Part shown: piece after piece, positions 61,495 to 64,000 of the stretch
Position numbering within the stretch: position 1 is the first letter of the stretch
How the letters are laid out: every line of letters begins with the position of its first letter
Assembly: GCA_049325335.1 (NCBI GenBank)
Contig: JBMOMC010000001.1
Coordinates: 1-64,000 of the forward strand
DNA length: 64,000 nucleotides
Reading direction: 5' to 3'
DNA from: Nitrospirota bacterium
GTDB lineage: Bacteria; Nitrospirota; Nitrospiria; 2-01-FULL-66-17
Made by a program: the position numbers and the translations under genes
Notes under the pieces: model-generated
Databases searched by the model: none
The model's input: only the letters and a program-made list of their open reading frames with translations
What the model was told of the DNA's origin: nothing

Positions 61495-62183
61495 CCACGC
61501 TGCTGACCGTCGCGTTGCTCCTCGCCGTAACGTGGCCCGGTCCGTCCGCGGCCGCTGACGCGTACGACGCGGTGCTCAACAGCCCCCACAACTTCTTCGC
61601 GCGTTCCGAGTTTCCCGTCGGCCGTCGGGTCTGCACCGGGTGTCACGCCGACGAGCCGGCGCCGATGACTCCGGACGCCGCGCCGCCAGCCGAGAACGAG
61701 ATCGCCCCGGCAGGGGACGCGTTGCCCCCACCCCTGTGGCAACGCGAGGCCGCAGCCTATACGGTCTCGGCGGTTCGATCGACCGACGCGTCGAACGCCT
61801 GTTTGGGGTGTCACGACGGCGTGCTGGGCGGGGAAATCCACCAGACCGTCGCGCGCGGCGCCAAATCGTTCGACCACCCCAATAACGTGGTGTACCCGCG
61901 TCGCGCCAACGGCCAGTTCGTGCCGGAGCGGCCCACAGTCAACGTGTATCGGTATTGGTCGATTCCTGATCTGCGCGACGGCGCGTTGGTGTTGCCCACC
62001 GGGCCGACATCGACCCGCCTCACGTTGCCGGCGGCGGACCAGACGAGTTCCGGCGCGCGATTGGTCCGCACCTCGCAGGGCATGGTCCAGTGCGACAGCT
62101 GCCACGACCCGCACGATAACGCGAGCGCGCCGTTCCTGCGCGCGCCCGCCCAGGATCTCTGCTTCATCTGTCACGACCGCTGA
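61491..62183 (+). CDS. periplasmic tetraheme cytochrome c (doubled-CXXCH type)
   Basis: Signal peptide; CTGCH, CLGCH, CDSCH, CFICH. Confidence 0.88.
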   Translation: MTTLLTVALLLAVTWPGPSAAADAYDAVLNSPHNFFARSEFPVGRRVCTGCHADEPAPMTPDAAPPAENEIAPAGDALPPPLWQREAAAYTVSAVRSTDASNACLGCHDGVLGGEIHQTVARGAKSFDHPNNVVYPRRANGQFVPERPTVNVYRYWSIPDLRDGALVLPTGPTSTRLTLPAADQTSSGARLVRTSQGMVQCDSCHDPHDNASAPFLRAPAQDLCFICHDR

Positions 62184-62287
62184 CAGACCCGCGCTCGCGT
62201 CCTCCCGACGCGAGTTCACCCCGACCCGACGTTCAGATCTCGGCGGACACCAGGGTCCGCCGACCGCTTATTCCGTTCGCCCTGGCC

Positions 62288-64000
62288 ATGGGGATCGGCA
62301 TCGCGCTGGGGACGGTCGCCGACCGGTTTCCTCTCAGCGCCCTCCTGACGGCGCTCATCGTCATCGCCGTCACCGCGTTCGGTCGCCGCTGGCTGCCCCG
62401 CGCCCTCTCGTTTGGTCCGAAACATTGGCTGATCCTCTTGGCCGCCGCGGCCTACACGATCGCCACCCCGCCCCCCGCCCAGGATCCCAGGCTGCTCGGT
62501 GAACCGGTCGCGGTGGAGGCGGTTCTGGACGAGCCGATCCGTCACATGCCCGACTGGAACTCCGGCACCGCATCAAACCTCCGGCTCTCGGGCAAGACAC
62601 CGGCCGACGTGCCGGGACGGATCAAACTCTCCGGCCCGCCGGAGGCGTTCTTGGGGCTTCGGTACGGCGATCGCGTGCAACTCACCGCCCAGTTCCGTCC
62701 CCCGCGCGGCTTTCGCAACCCCGGGCTCTTTGACTACGGCCGTTGGTTGGAACAACGCGGCATCGTGGCGACCGCCACGGTCAAACCCGGCGTCATCAAA
62801 CGCATCGGGCACGTCCCGTCGCCCCTGCTCGATCCCATCTACGACTGGCGGGAACGGATCCGCGTCGCGGCGATCACCTCCTTGCCGCCGGCAACCGCGC
62901 CGATCTTTCTTGCCATGGTCACCGGAGAAACCGGCTACCTGACGTCGGAACTGCGCGAACGATTCATGGCGTCGGGCACGGTCCACCTCTTGTCCATCTC
63001 CGGGTCGCATCTCGGCCTCATCGCGCTGATCATCTTCGCCGTGGTGCGGCTGGCCGTGCTCCGGTTGCCGGAGCGACTCTTATTGCGCGTGACCATGCGC
63101 GTCATCCCCTCGCAGATCGCCGCGGCGGTCACCGTGGTTCCGGTGACCTTCTATGCATTGCTCGCGGGCGGCCAGATCGCCACCATGCGGTCGCTACTCA
63201 TGATCCTGGTGTACCTGTTCGCCGTGCTCATCCACCGCCACGGCGATCTGTTGAACCTGCTGGCGTTCGCGGCGATCGCCCTGCTCGCGTGGGATCCCCA
63301 CGCGCTGGCCGACGTGTCGTTTCAACTCTCGTTCCTGTCGGTCTGGTGCATCGCCGTGGCGCTGGAGTGGTCATCCGCCCACGAGCCCGCGCCGGAAGAA
63401 TCCGATGCGACCCGCCGCCGACAGCGCCTGCGGTCCACGGTCGCCGCGCTTTTGATCACCTCGCTGGCCGCGGGCGTGGGCACCGCGCCCTTGGTGGCTT
63501 ATCATTTCCAACAGGTCAACTGGGTCGGCGCCATCGCCAACCCCGTCATCATTCCCTTGGCCGGCGCATTGGTGGTCCCGCTCGGCCTGGTCTCCGGCGT
63601 GGCCGCGGCGGTGGCCGCGTCACCCACCCTACCCCTTGCGGAGTGGAATGCGGCGGTGTTGGACCTCTTGCTCCGCGCGGTGGACTTCTTTGCGTCCTGG
63701 CCGCTGGCGACCATCCACGTCGCCGCGCCGTCGATCGCGGTGTTGGCCGCGTGGTACCTCATCATGTCGATGCTGGTGGATCGACGCGTCAAACCCTGGA
63801 AGCGGGGACTGGCCGGCGGTCTGCTAATACTCCTCGCGGTTCCCGCGCTGGTCGGCACACCGAGCTGGATGTCGTCCGCCAAACTCGAAGTCACGTTCCT
63901 CGACGTGGGACAGGGCGACAGTGCGGTGGTGCGATTTCCCTCCGGACGGATCATGGTCGTGGACGGAGGCAAGCGGTTTCACGAGCTGGATGCCGGGCGC
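62288..64000 (+). CDS. comEC: ComEC/Rec2 DNA uptake channel (3' partial, start uncertain)
   Basis: RNPGLFDY, HLLSISGSH, SFQLSF, FLDVGQGD in one frame running off the edge. Confidence 0.92.
   Translation, partial: MGIGIALGTVADRFPLSALLTALIVIAVTAFGRRWLPRALSFGPKHWLILLAAAAYTIATPPPAQDPRLLGEPVAVEAVLDEPIRHMPDWNSGTASNLRLSGKTPADVPGRIKLSGPPEAFLGLRYGDRVQLTAQFRPPRGFRNPGLFDYGRWLEQRGIVATATVKPGVIKRIGHVPSPLLDPIYDWRERIRVAAITSLPPATAPIFLAMVTGETGYLTSELRERFMASGTVHLLSISGSHLGLIALIIFAVVRLAVLRLPERLLLRVTMRVIPSQIAAAVTVVPVTFYALLAGGQIATMRSLLMILVYLFAVLIHRHGDLLNLLAFAAIALLAWDPHALADVSFQLSFLSVWCIAVALEWSSAHEPAPEESDATRRRQRLRSTVAALLITSLAAGVGTAPLVAYHFQQVNWVGAIANPVIIPLAGALVVPLGLVSGVAAAVAASPTLPLAEWNAAVLDLLLRAVDFFASWPLATIHVAAPSIAVLAAWYLIMSMLVDRRVKPWKRGLAGGLLILLAVPALVGTPSWMSSAKLEVTFLDVGQGDSAVVRFPSGRIMVVDGGKRFHELDAGR

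Overview
GC-rich bacterial chromosomal segment (gene content suggests a Gram-negative organism, possibly Nitrospirota or deltaproteobacteria-like; this is inference). It holds mostly core genes (queF, recQ, citrate synthase, UDG, gpmI, lapB, rsfS-nadD-proAB-obgE-rpmA-rplU, hemY, rho, glmM, comEC), a complete gspC-N type II secretion cluster and a CusCBA-type metal efflux operon. The most interesting parts: (1) a Bd0055-like bacterial histone placed as the last gene of a DsrE-DsrF-DsrH-TusA-DsrE2 sulfur-carrier operon, which is divergent from a PqqC/CADD-like di-iron enzyme; (2) a compact GyrA/ParC homologue lacking the catalytic tyrosine, between a cysteine-less HMA-fold gene and a PilZ gene; (3) in-frame 60-bp palindromic repeats in the GspI and GspJ leader peptides; (4) an ECF sigma/zinc anti-sigma operon with a lipoprotein truncated globin, three methyltransferases and a desaturase pseudogene; (5) an unexplained ~195-nt structured intergenic element; (6) a lower-GC HEPN-like ORF at the left edge that the ORF track missed. 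No rRNA, tRNA, CRISPR array or transposase was recognised. All family calls come from reading motifs, not from database searches.
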